This document shows positions 9,684 to 20,241 of a stretch of 32,000 bases of DNA, piece after piece. The notes below the pieces were generated by a model, which saw nothing but the letters and a program-made list of their open reading frames with translations, did no database searches and was not told the DNA's origin. How positions within the stretch are numbered: position 1 is the first letter of the stretch; each line of letters starts with the position of its first letter. The position numbers were made by a program, and so were the translations under genes. This stretch comes from Planctopirus limnophila DSM 3776 (GTDB lineage Bacteria; Planctomycetota; Planctomycetia; Planctomycetales; Planctomycetaceae), in NCBI RefSeq assembly GCF_000092105.1, contig NC_014148.1, positions 5,190,001 through 5,222,000 of the forward strand, written 5' to 3'.

Positions 9684-10745
9684 ATGGAAATGATGAACGA
9701 ATCATCGCTGTCACGTCGCCGCCTTCATGCCGGCTTCACTTTGATTGAATTGCTGGTGGTCATCGCCATCATTGCCATTCTGATTGCCCTGCTCCTTCCT
9801 GCAGTCCAGCAGGCACGCGAAGCGGCCCGGCGAACGCAATGTAAGAACAATCTCAAACAACTGGGGCTGGCAGTTCACAACTACGAATCGGCTCTCAATG
9901 CGTTTCCACCCTCGGCGACGATCAATACGTCGGTGACAACCACGGGAAACAATGGGTCGTGGTCGATTCATGGGAGAATTCTCCCTTATCTGGAACAGGG
10001 CAACCTGTATTCCAAAGTGGACTTGAGCATTGCGTGGGATAATCAACTCGCGATCAGCGGATTGAAGATTCCCAGCTACGCCTGCCCAAGTGACCCCAAG
10101 TCGGATACAGTACGCGATCCCGGTGGCGGACGGGCACTGCTTTATCCCACCACCTATGGCTTTAACTACGGCACTTACTTTGTCTTCAACCCCACCACTG
10201 GTCAGGGTGGGGATGGAGCGTTCTTTCCCAATAGTAAACTGAGTTTCAACTCTTTTACCGATGGTACCAGCAATACGCTGCTCGCAGCGGAAGTGAAGGC
10301 TTGGACTCCTTACAACCGCAATGCTTCGAGTTTTTCGTCGACGACTCCACCGACCAATGCCTCGGCTGCGGCAGCTCTACTAAGCCAGGGAACTGATCCC
10401 AAATACAACCCTGCAACAGGGCACACCGAATGGCCAGATGGTCGAGTCCATCATGCTGGTTTCACCACCTGCATGAATCCCAATACGAATCTTTCAACAA
10501 CGCATACCGATGGAGTGACCTATAACGATTGCGATTTCAACTCGTGGCAGGAAGGTCGCAATGGAAGCACAGGTTCACCAAGTTATGCAGTCATCGTCTC
10601 ACGCAGTTGGCACGAGGGGATCGTGAATGTCTGTATGGTCGATGGCTCAGTGCGTACGGTGAGTGAAAACATCGACAATGGGATCTGGCGGGCCTTAGGA
10701 ACCCGCAATGGTGGCAGCAACGAAACCACCGTCGGCGAGTTCTAA
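9684..10745 (+). CDS. DUF1559 / H-X9-DG domain protein with a type IV pilin-like (prepilin) N-terminal methylation motif.
   Basis: The N-terminus ...[53 protein letters not shown] is the classic planctomycete DUF1559 signature. The C-terminus [16 protein letters not shown] fits H-X9-DG. Confidence 0.9.
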   Translation: MEMMNESSLSRRRLHAGFTLIELLVVIAIIAILIALLLPAVQQAREAARRTQCKNNLKQLGLAVHNYESALNAFPPSATINTSVTTTGNNGSWSIHGRILPYLEQGNLYSKVDLSIAWDNQLAISGLKIPSYACPSDPKSDTVRDPGGGRALLYPTTYGFNYGTYFVFNPTTGQGGDGAFFPNSKLSFNSFTDGTSNTLLAAEVKAWTPYNRNASSFSSTTPPTNASAAAALLSQGTDPKYNPATGHTEWPDGRVHHAGFTTCMNPNTNLSTTHTDGVTYNDCDFNSWQEGRNGSTGSPSYAVIVSRSWHEGIVNVCMVDGSVRTVSENIDNGIWRALGTRNGGSNETTVGEF

Positions 10746-10951
10746 CCTGATTCCACCCGGATTCTGCGTCTCAGGCTGTTGATTCGGTGTTGGCCCGCTT
10801 AAAATTGACGGTCGTGTGTCGAGTGATTTCTGACTGTTTGTATGCCGTGATTGACTGATGGTGAAACGGTCCGTCGTCCTGGGTAACGTTCTCATTTGCC
10901 AGCTTTGGACGGGATTGCCCGTTGTTCAACTTGACGTGATGGGGTCTTCTG

Positions 10952-12055
10952 ATGGTTTGCACTTCCCTCCGCTGTTTAGGTCTCGCTCTTATTGCCGGAG
11001 TATGTCTGGTGGCTCAGATTTCTGAAGCTGCCACCCCTGCCGAGATCGCCGCTTCCCGGCAGAAAGCCATTGCGTTTCTCAAGACATCCCAGGCCGAAGA
11101 TGGAAGCTGGACAACCAATCAGACTCCCGGCATTACAGGGCTTGTCCTCTACGGTGCACTGAGTGCCGGTGCCGCCGCAGACGACCCGATGATTGTCAAA
11201 GGCCTCAAGTATCTGGAGTCATATCGCCAGCCCGACGGCGGAATTTACAGCCCCAAGGCTCATCATGGGAATTACGAAACGGCCATTTCCCTTCTGGCTT
11301 TTTCGGCAGCGAACTCCGATGGCAAATACAACGATCTCATCAAGAAAGCCGAAGCCTATATTCGCGGTGTGCAATGGGATCAGTCCGAAAAGATTGAATC
11401 CTCGGATGTGCGCTGGGGTGGTGCAGGTTATGGGAAAACCAACGATCGGCCCGACCTTTCGAATACAGCGTTCTTCCTCGAAGCCCTGCAGACAGCGGGT
11501 GTGAAATCGGATGATCAGGCCGTGCAGAACGCACTGGTGTTCCTGTCACGCTGCCAGAATCTGGAATCTGAGTACAACACCACACCGGCAGCCGCCAAGA
11601 TCAATGACGGTGGCTTTTACTACACCCCCGCTCTGGGTGGCCAGTCTCAGGCGGGTACGACTCCTGAAGGAGGCTTGCGTTCGTACGGCAGCATGACCTA
11701 CGCGGGCCTTAAGAGCATGATTTACGCGGGGCTTAGCAAAGACGATCCCCGTGTAAAAGCTGCGACCGAATGGATTCGCAAGTTTTATACAGTGGATGAA
11801 AATCCTGGCCTGGGTGATCAAGGGATCTACTACTATCACCAGGCCTTTGCCAAAGCTTTGAACGCACTGGGAGAAGAAGTTCTCATCGATGCCCAGGGCA
11901 AAGAGCACCGCTGGCGGGAAGATCTCGCGAACGCACTGATTGGCAAACAGCAGGCCAACGGCAGCTGGGTAAACAAAAATTCCCGCTGGATGGAAGGCGA
12001 CCCGAACCTCGCGACAGCCTACGCACTGATGGCACTGAAATACGCGACGAAGTGA
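10952..12055 (+). CDS. Secreted prenyltransferase/squalene-oxidase-repeat (terpenoid cyclase-like alpha-alpha toroid) protein.
   Basis: There is a signal peptide (CLGLALIAGVCLVAQISEA) and repeated Q..DGSW-type motifs (QAEDGSW, RQPDGGIYS, QQANGSWVN), plus WGGAGYGK...PDLSNTAFFLEAL. Confidence 0.7.
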   Translation: MVCTSLRCLGLALIAGVCLVAQISEAATPAEIAASRQKAIAFLKTSQAEDGSWTTNQTPGITGLVLYGALSAGAAADDPMIVKGLKYLESYRQPDGGIYSPKAHHGNYETAISLLAFSAANSDGKYNDLIKKAEAYIRGVQWDQSEKIESSDVRWGGAGYGKTNDRPDLSNTAFFLEALQTAGVKSDDQAVQNALVFLSRCQNLESEYNTTPAAAKINDGGFYYTPALGGQSQAGTTPEGGLRSYGSMTYAGLKSMIYAGLSKDDPRVKAATEWIRKFYTVDENPGLGDQGIYYYHQAFAKALNALGEEVLIDAQGKEHRWREDLANALIGKQQANGSWVNKNSRWMEGDPNLATAYALMALKYATK

Positions 12056-12071
12056 GCAAGCTTCCGGGTCG

Positions 12072-12551
<480 letters not shown>

Positions 12552-12606
12552 TCAAGCATGCGGAATTGGGTATATACGGCACTCGCCTTGTTTGTGATTT
12601 CGAATA

Positions 12607-12990
12607 TCAACTCAGGTAGTGGCCAAGGGAGATGATCGATGAGCCAAACCATGCCAGACAGGCCAGAAGATACCCGCACCATGCCAGAACATGCACGCCG
12701 GGCGACACCCGGCTCTTGATGAACGCAAAGGGCGATAGACTAGCGAGCAGCCCAACAAACAAGACAACGGTCCAGAGGACGAGCATCGGGGGGCCGCCAA
12801 TCTCTCCCGAATTTGCAAAGGGGCCTGTCATCGGGCCCATGACCACGCCAAGTGCGATGGCTGCAATGTGTCGTGGAGTCTTATCCGTTCCTGCGAATTC
12901 GTTGTAGATGAGACAAGCACGTACAGCGATTATCGCTGCAATCGCTGCGAACGAGACAAAGGCAATCAGGTGGTACCGGGAAAGCCGCAT
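12607..12990 (-). CDS. Small integral membrane protein with about 4 TM helices; hypothetical.
   Basis: 127-aa ORF dominated by four hydrophobic stretches. No family recognised. Confidence 0.55.
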   Translation of the reverse strand: MRLSRYHLIAFVSFAAIAAIIAVRACLIYNEFAGTDKTPRHIAAIALGVVMGPMTGPFANSGEIGGPPMLVLWTVVLFVGLLASLSPFAFIKSRVSPGVHVLAWCGYLLACLAWFGSSIISLGHYLS

Positions 12991-13144
12991 GCCCTGATCT
13001 CTTAAATGATCATCGAACGCTCACAATTTAATGAGAGGCAACTCACCTCCCAGAAATGCTTCAGAAGATACTCATTTGAAAACGCCCGACGATGTTCGCG
13101 AAGTGGCCTCTCGTACTAAACCGCAGGAACTCAACACTGCCAGA

Positions 13145-13900
<756 letters not shown>

Positions 13901-14399
13901 GTTTGCTCACTCCTCTTTCAATCTGGCATTCAAGCCCAGGGTCCATATCCGACAGTTCATGGGGAAGTTCCAGTTTCCCGCATGAGCCAGGCTTCTCTCC
14001 TGAGATCCGGTAAAAGAATGGAATCTCTGTCACCCTTTTTCAGGATGAACTTTCACTTCCAATCATGCCAAGATGCTCCCCAAAAACCTTTTGAGAGGCC
14101 ACTCTGCCGGAGGCAATCTCGTGAGATTTTCCCACTTTTCCAGCGAAAACCACTCTTCACCAGTGCTGCGGGGCTCTTGAAGAGATAATTGGTCAGCGGA
14201 CTGCTTCACATCTTTGTTTTGTGACCACAGGATGAACTTCCCGCGCGGACTGGCATCTGGCGCTTGATTTCGCGAAACTGACCACGATAGGTTTTCAGGA
14301 GTTGTCGGGAAGATTTTCATGCCCGGCAGTGGCAGCCTTCGACAGGCCTTTGTCCTGAGAAGGATCTCACAGAATCTGCAGCAGGTTGTGACGGACACG

Positions 14400-14672
14400 A
14401 TGGCTAAAAAGAAATCTGCCAATGATGCCACAGGCCGTAAAGTGCGTGTGAAGGCCGAAGTGACCTCACCCGAGTTTCCCGAGATTCTGCTGGCTGGATG
14501 GACTGGCACCGTCGTCGAAGTGACTGGCAAAGCTCCCGCCGAGAAATATGTCATCGAGTGGGATGCCGAGACATTGTCCAGTATGCCGGCCGATTACATC
14601 ACACGGTGCGAATCGCAACAGTTATACCATCTCATGGCCTGCCTCGACGCCGAAGCGGTCGAAGCGGTGTAG
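14400..14672 (+). CDS. Small hypothetical protein, about 90 aa.
   Basis: Within track ORF 14319-14672, the internal ATG at 14400 (MAKKKSANDATGRKVRVK...) is the more plausible start. A hairpin/T-tract follows directly after the stop. Family not recognised. Confidence 0.5.
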   Translation: MAKKKSANDATGRKVRVKAEVTSPEFPEILLAGWTGTVVEVTGKAPAEKYVIEWDAETLSSMPADYITRCESQQLYHLMACLDAEAVEAV

Positions 14673-14700
14673 GGCAGGCTCCCGCCTGCCTGCCTCTTTT
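14673..14700 (+). terminator. Putative intrinsic terminator: a 7-bp GC stem (ggcaggc/gcctgcc) with a 4-nt loop and a T-rich tail.
   Basis: Stem arms 14673-14679 and 14684-14690, loop tccc, followed by tgcctcttttcttt. It starts 1 nt after the TAG stop at 14670-14672. Confidence 0.5.
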
Positions 14701-14983
14701 CTTTGGGTAACATCAACTGGAAATGCCCAACGACCGGCGAGTACATGGCCCTGGTAGTATTTTCTTCTTCACTGTACCAGCCCCCCGACGACGAATCTCT
14801 CGTATTCGTTTGAATCGATCATGGTTTGGGTGCAGCGAGGAAGGCAGGCAGGAGCCTGCCCTACTTTTCCCGATTGCCTGTGGCGTTTGCTGTAGGGATT
14901 TGTTTCGATAGTTGTGTGCAGAAAGCGTCCTGCGGATGGGACGTTGATCTTCCATTCTGCCGCAGCCCGAACAGACCTCCCTG

Positions 14984-15778
14984 ATGAAAGCTCGCCCTAT
15001 GCCCACCTTCCGCTTCTCTTCCCTGACCAGGCTCGCAGCACTGATGCTGAGTGTCGCTGCGATGACCTCGCCCGCTCTTCAAGCTGCAGAAATCGTTCGC
15101 GAAACCTTCGACGACACCGGCTTCGAATCGATCTTCGACGGCAAAACACTCGATGGCTGGCATGTCAGCACCAAGACGGGGCACAGCCGGGCGAGTAAGA
15201 ACACCACGGGTGGGAAATGGGTGGTGGAAGATGGCGCGATTACCGGCTCCCAGGATATCCCTGCCAATGGCGGCATCATCATCACCGACAAGCAGTACGG
15301 CGACTTCGAAGTCGTCCTCAAAATGAAGAACGACTACGGCCCCGATAGCGGCCTCTTCCTGCGCAGTACCGAAGATGGTAAGGCCTGGCAGTATATGATC
15401 GACTATCATAATGGCGGGAATGTCGCCGGTATCTATGGCGAAGGCTTAGGGGGCAAGCCTCACTTAAGGAACTACGACTTCCTCGATGCTGTTACAAAGA
15501 TCAAGACCAAGGACGCCCCGGTCGCCGCACCGGTCTCGGCGGAAGAATGGCCCGAGTTCTGGAAGCACGGCGAATGGAACGAACTCCGCGCCCGGATTGA
15601 AGGCAACCCACCGACCATTACCACCTGGATTAACGGCGTGAAGTTCATGAAATGGACCGAAACCGAACTCCGCCACCCCGAAAAAGGCGGCATCGCGCTC
15701 CAAGTCCACGGCGGCGGCAACTTCGTGGATCAGTATGTGCGGTATAAGGATATTAAGGTGAAGGTGCTCGGGAAATAA
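14984..15778 (+). CDS. DUF1080 domain protein (3-keto-disaccharide hydrolase-like, concanavalin-type fold), secreted.
   Basis: There is a signal peptide, then FESIFDGKTLDGWH, WVVEDGAITG, YGDFEVVLKMK, DSGLFLRS and WNELRARIEGNPPTITTWINGV. These are characteristic DUF1080 motifs. Confidence 0.85.
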   Translation: MKARPMPTFRFSSLTRLAALMLSVAAMTSPALQAAEIVRETFDDTGFESIFDGKTLDGWHVSTKTGHSRASKNTTGGKWVVEDGAITGSQDIPANGGIIITDKQYGDFEVVLKMKNDYGPDSGLFLRSTEDGKAWQYMIDYHNGGNVAGIYGEGLGGKPHLRNYDFLDAVTKIKTKDAPVAAPVSAEEWPEFWKHGEWNELRARIEGNPPTITTWINGVKFMKWTETELRHPEKGGIALQVHGGGNFVDQYVRYKDIKVKVLGK

Positions 15779-15790
15779 TTATCCACATAA

Positions 15791-15820
15791 GCGAGCGGAG
15801 CAAGATAACCCTCCGCTCGC
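15791..15820. terminator. Perfect 10-bp stem-loop (gcgagcggag / ctccgctcgc, 10-nt loop) between the convergent DUF1080 and HerA genes. It may be a bidirectional terminator.
   Basis: Read directly: arms 15791-15800 and 15811-15820. It lies 13 nt after the DUF1080 stop. There is no clean U-tract on the plus strand, and an AT-rich tail on the minus strand. Confidence 0.4.
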
Positions 15821-15946
15821 GCTTAAAGTGAGGGGAACTTATATCAAATGCTCGCAACAGTTTCCTGATTGTTTGTTTAAAGCTCTCAAAATCTTATTTG
15901 CCGCAGTAGGAAAGAGAACGAATACATGTAGGGAAATACTTTGAAT

Positions 15947-18076
15947 TCACTCGCCTACATTTTCTAGCAACTCTCCATCTTCAGTTTCATCGACTTTGAC
16001 CTGTCCTACCCAGTCCCCAACCACTTCTTTCCAATCCAAATCGCGAGGCTTTTCGTGCGTCCATACATCCCAGAAATCAGGGTCAGATGAATGTGGCCGC
16101 TGATCCGCGCGCAACTCGTCAATTTCTACAAGAATCGGAATTGGTGTTGCCCAGCCAAGCAAAATCGCTTGACGCGAGGGCAGACTTGGAAGCTCGGCCA
16201 ACAATCCTGCGACATTGTCAGGCACAAGCTTGCCAACGAGGTGCTGGTCAGCATCATTTACGATGCGATGCAAAATGAATGTGTTGCACTGCGCCAGGAC
16301 GGTAGCTGACAATTCTGAGGGCCTTTGTGACGACACAACGAGTCCGAGTCCGAACTTGCGTCCTTCGCGGGCAATTTTCTCAAATGTCTCCCGACATAGT
16401 GCAGTAGCTGTTGCCGTGCCGGAGGATTCTTCATGCCCTTTACGCACGAATGTATGCGCCTCTTCAAGTACTAGGACGGTCGGAAGTGACTCACCGGCGG
16501 CATTATCGCGCCGATAACGCTGAAGTGACTCAAACACAAGTCGGCCCAACACGGCGACTACGATATGGACAACTTCACTTGGGATGAGAGAAAGATCAAT
16601 GATCGCCACATTTCCATTCGACGCATTATCTGCCCCCACATACTCTTCAAGCCACGCCTCAAACGTAGGATTTCCATTGACGACAGCCCCGAGATGCTGA
16701 TCCGCCAACATTGCTCGAATACGCAAACCGAGAGTCGCAACGAAGCCCGCCACACCGGCACCTTGCTCAACGGCTATACGTTCAAGATGGTCAGCGAGAA
16801 TATTCACGTCGAAGTAGCTTGGCGAGTCTTCGCTGATAGGCCCTTCCGGAGCAACATCGGGCAATACTTTTGCACAATCCTCTAGCGAAGATCGAATACT
16901 CTCCAAGTCTGATACGAGGAAGTCGTTGTAGTATTGGCCCGATTTCCTAGATTGCTCGATTTGTAATGCAGCCGAAGCAGCGTTCTGCATTAACGTTTGT
17001 GCTTGACCTTCAAGATCACCCGACCATGCTTGACAGTCCTTCGCTATCCCATTCAGCAAACCAGCGCATTCAAAACGAGGTCGAGGAGAACCAGCAAACG
17101 CTATGGTCCCACGGCTCAACATCTCCGAAACTCGCACCATGTAAGAGATCACATAGCGTCGTAATATTGCTTCACGCGATCCCCGCGAAACAGAGCCACT
17201 CTTCAAATCTCTTAACCCTTGCATCAACAAAGGCCGTTGGGCACCGGGTTGAGCGTTGGAAATGGCCGTCCATTCATGTCCGCACCACATCCAGGCTGGC
17301 ACCTGCAAAGCACGATCATCTCCGGAGACTGGCGGAACTTTAAAAAGACGGACATTTTGAGGGTCGTCCCGAAAAGCATTCGAGTATTCAGCGTTAGGAT
17401 CGAGAACGATAAAGCGGGCATTGGGACGTCCCGTCTTGCCGGTTTCGGACATCTGCTTTTTGGCTGCATCCATCGACCAGCGAATCAATCCGGCAACCGT
17501 GCATGACTTCCCGCTACCGGTATTCCCCAGCACCGCGAGGTGCCGCCCGAACAGCTTGTCTGGGTCGACCATGATTTTCGTACTTGCCCCGAGGGGCGAC
17601 ACGCCGATCTTGACGCGCCTATCCGTATCCTTCGCCCCAACGATTGCTTCAATTTGTTCGGCAGTGGGAATCAACACCTGATCCCCGACAGAGGGAAAGG
17701 CGACAACGCCACGGGAGAGCACATACTGGGTGCGCGAGGTCTTGTCGCGTTTGCATGTCAGCGTTGCGACTGGTGAAACTGCCATTTTTCGCAACGGAAA
17801 TGGAAGGTCGATCAAGCCAAAGTCCTTGAGGCCAGATCGTTTCGGGAATGGTGAACGCTCAATTCCTATCCAGGAAATGTAAGCAACCGTCGCCCCCGCT
17901 TCATGGGGAATCAGCACATAACCGTTCAGGCGCGGAAACGCGACAGGCGACCCAGTGTTCAATGCCGTCGTGTGCGGAGTGTCGAGTTCAAGCATCACCC
18001 GCACTTGATCAGGAGCAACTGACTCTACGACACCGACTACGAGGCCAGAGAGATGTTCGACTGGTGAAGTTGCCAC
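15947..18076 (-). CDS. herA: HerA-type (DUF87/FtsK-HerA superfamily) P-loop ATPase. This is the ATPase component of a SIR2-HerA defence module.
   Basis: 709 aa with a GTG start at 18076. Walker A is LGNTGSGKS (codons 17504-17527) and Walker B is VLVLEEAH (16454-16477). There is an N-terminal beta-barrel-like segment (GLVVGVVESVAPDQVRVMLE). The start overlaps the stop of the upstream SIR2-like gene by 1 nt. Confidence 0.9.
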   Translation of the reverse strand: MATSPVEHLSGLVVGVVESVAPDQVRVMLELDTPHTTALNTGSPVAFPRLNGYVLIPHEAGATVAYISWIGIERSPFPKRSGLKDFGLIDLPFPLRKMAVSPVATLTCKRDKTSRTQYVLSRGVVAFPSVGDQVLIPTAEQIEAIVGAKDTDRRVKIGVSPLGASTKIMVDPDKLFGRHLAVLGNTGSGKSCTVAGLIRWSMDAAKKQMSETGKTGRPNARFIVLDPNAEYSNAFRDDPQNVRLFKVPPVSGDDRALQVPAWMWCGHEWTAISNAQPGAQRPLLMQGLRDLKSGSVSRGSREAILRRYVISYMVRVSEMLSRGTIAFAGSPRPRFECAGLLNGIAKDCQAWSGDLEGQAQTLMQNAASAALQIEQSRKSGQYYNDFLVSDLESIRSSLEDCAKVLPDVAPEGPISEDSPSYFDVNILADHLERIAVEQGAGVAGFVATLGLRIRAMLADQHLGAVVNGNPTFEAWLEEYVGADNASNGNVAIIDLSLIPSEVVHIVVAVLGRLVFESLQRYRRDNAAGESLPTVLVLEEAHTFVRKGHEESSGTATATALCRETFEKIAREGRKFGLGLVVSSQRPSELSATVLAQCNTFILHRIVNDADQHLVGKLVPDNVAGLLAELPSLPSRQAILLGWATPIPILVEIDELRADQRPHSSDPDFWDVWTHEKPRDLDWKEVVGDWVGQVKVDETEDGELLENVGE

Positions 18077-19356
18077 TACACCTCCCCTGAAGCTGAGTCA
18101 ACCAGAGTGGCAGCCACAGGTCGGTGCTTTAGAAGCTCTGTCATCCGGCTCGTAATATAATCGAGGGCGGGTTTCGGCAAATAGTTTTCGACCAGCGTCG
18201 AGATGTTCGCGAAATGTTCCCCAATCAACAGCGATACCTGAGCGGTGCGCGTCTGTTCGCAGAAGTACTTAAGCCGCTCGTCTGCGCTATATGCGATCAC
18301 CACAAGGTGCGTAGATGGAATCGAAAGCATGTCCAACAGGATACGGTTGATGTGGTCGTCCCCGAAACCGTACCCATAGGTCACGACCACCGCATTTGGG
18401 CGACAAATTGAGGCCGCGAAGTCACGGAAAAGTTCCGCATATGGATAATTGGTCGTCTCGATATCCTTCGCCGGGTTTGGGTAGATCATGACTGTATCCA
18501 GCGGATTCGCCGGAACGTCCGTGTGAGTGTCTGGCGCGCCGAACGGAATTCCCTTCCTATGAATACGGCGATCACTCTTGTCGAATGTCCAATCCAGTGA
18601 CCCGTGCAGCTTAGTGACACGAATCACACCTTCCATAAACCGTGGTTCGCCGCGAATACCCGGCGGGTTGTAATGAAGATCAACCTCTACACGAGAAGCA
18701 CGGAAGATTGGATTCAGCGTTCCTACAAAGCGGTCAATCAACCGGAGCCCGGCTAAATCGCAGCCATATTCGATCAATCTGTCATAATTTGTTGTAAAGA
18801 TATGCAACCGCTCGCGAGAAGCGGCGCGGCTCGCGAAGCTCAAAAGAAATGACTGCAGTATGTTCTGCGATTCCAGCCTCTTGTCGATGTCCGGCGCTGC
18901 AGAAATTCCCCGTTCTGTTGCAAGCAGCGATTTTAGAAACTTTAGGAGCTCTTTATCCATCGCCGCCCTGAGAGCCCCCCAGTTTGGATCGCTGATCACC
19001 TCCAGACCCTCAAGGAGTGCAACTGCGCTGCGAAACTGATCCTCAATATTTGGGTTTCCGCGATGCATCGCATTAGCAGTCTTCGCTGCATGGGCGTCAA
19101 TCTGGGCATCGTATTTTGTGCCAAACTCCACCATCGACATGCCGGTAGCAGGGCTGTCGGCAATATACGAAACGGCGTTCGTGAAACCGCTGCCAAGCAA
19201 CAGATTCAGATGCTCCGCCTGAAATACTGCCGACAACCAAGGCTCAATGCATCGCCGTGCTGTACTGACAAACGTTTCGTATTCCGCACCAGTCGGGAGG
19301 GCATCCTCCACAAACTCGTGACTGCCAACGCGATAGGAGTGCGCCTTCAAGTCCAT
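18076..19356 (-). CDS. SIR2-like (SIR2_2 family) putative NAD+ hydrolase. This is the effector component of a SIR2-HerA defence module.
   Basis: Motifs, numbered on the 471-aa track ORF: NLLLGSGFT (96-104), IFTTNYDRLIE (Asn235 codon 18787-18789), VTKLHGSLDW (His296 codon 18604-18606) and TYGYGFGDDHINRIL. I place the start at the ATG at 19356 (MDLKAHSY...). The track start at 19491 lies in an AT-rich, promoter-like stretch and encodes an implausible Lys/Tyr-rich leader. Confidence 0.85.
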   Translation of the reverse strand: MDLKAHSYRVGSHEFVEDALPTGAEYETFVSTARRCIEPWLSAVFQAEHLNLLLGSGFTNAVSYIADSPATGMSMVEFGTKYDAQIDAHAAKTANAMHRGNPNIEDQFRSAVALLEGLEVISDPNWGALRAAMDKELLKFLKSLLATERGISAAPDIDKRLESQNILQSFLLSFASRAASRERLHIFTTNYDRLIEYGCDLAGLRLIDRFVGTLNPIFRASRVEVDLHYNPPGIRGEPRFMEGVIRVTKLHGSLDWTFDKSDRRIHRKGIPFGAPDTHTDVPANPLDTVMIYPNPAKDIETTNYPYAELFRDFAASICRPNAVVVTYGYGFGDDHINRILLDMLSIPSTHLVVIAYSADERLKYFCEQTRTAQVSLLIGEHFANISTLVENYLPKPALDYITSRMTELLKHRPVAATLVDSASGEV

Positions 19357-20241
19357 GTCGATGGCCCACCAATATAAAACAAAAGACAAAATAAGAGTCA
19401 GTCGCGATTTTACAAGTAAATCGGCTGGCCGTCCATATTTATAATAACACTTTTTATTATGATTCGAATACTTATACAATTCTAAGGGCACGAAGAAAGA
19501 TAATCGTCGCGTTTTCTTACTCCCTGCGGCTCTTTTTCATTAATTTTCTGCGATCAGAAAATCGTATGAGCTTTGCAATCGAAGTCATTTCCATTTATCG
19601 CGGGAGGCAAATTATGACCATCAGCCGCACGACGGTTGTAGCCATTATAACTCAATCGTTATGTTGGCTACATGCAAGAATTAGCTTTTAATTTCTTCAT
19701 TTGTCTGAAAAGCAGTCAATATCTCTGGTTCGATTGCCTGGAGATCAATCTCAAACAACCCGCTGCGCGTCGCCTGTGTGTTTCGATATCGTTTACAGCG
19801 ACTTCTGAATCATTTCCAGTCGAGGTTGTGAGTCAAGATCTGCCTCAGGCTTTTCATTTTTGGGGGTTATGTGTTGTGTGCACCAACTTTTCCGCAGGGC
19901 GTGCCTCGTGTCGCTGATCTAATACTGCGGCTGCAAGGTCTTTCTTCAAGCCATTCAACCAACAAGGCGAGTAGGCGATTTCTACGAGGAGGACTAAGGC
20001 TTCTATTCCATCAAAGCGACTTCACACTGCCACGTTGTGGTCAATCGCGCTGTCGTCTGCTGCACCGCTTGATCCGCTCTCGCGAATTCTGCAACTGCTC
20101 TGCTCGATTTCAGAGTCGCTTGGCTGGTTGACAGGCGGGTGATCGTGGAGGATAGTCTTTCTGGTGGTTTCTGGAGGATGGGCGGAGTTTAACGTTGCCG
20201 GTTGGGCATACGATCGGGTGATTTTCTACGGGGGATAGGTC

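Noticed and set aside
14063-14554. 163-aa minus-strand ORF.
   Set aside because: It overlaps the small plus-strand gene and its upstream region. The sequence is Ser/Thr/Arg/Pro-rich with no motifs, and I judged it spurious.
14861-15409. 182-aa minus-strand ORF.
   Set aside because: It is antisense to the DUF1080 gene, which has clear family motifs.
19357-19491. 45-codon N-terminal extension of the SIR2-like ORF (MPLELYKYSNHNKKCYYKYG...).
   Set aside because: It lies in a markedly AT-rich stretch that looks like promoter/leader DNA. The peptide is Lys/Tyr-rich and unlike the rest of the protein. The ATG at 19356 is the more plausible start, although I cannot exclude the longer form.
19727-19735. 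The tRNA T-loop-like string ggttcgatt.
   Set aside because: The flanking bases cannot form a T-stem, and I could not draw any acceptor or anticodon arms, so it is not a tRNA.
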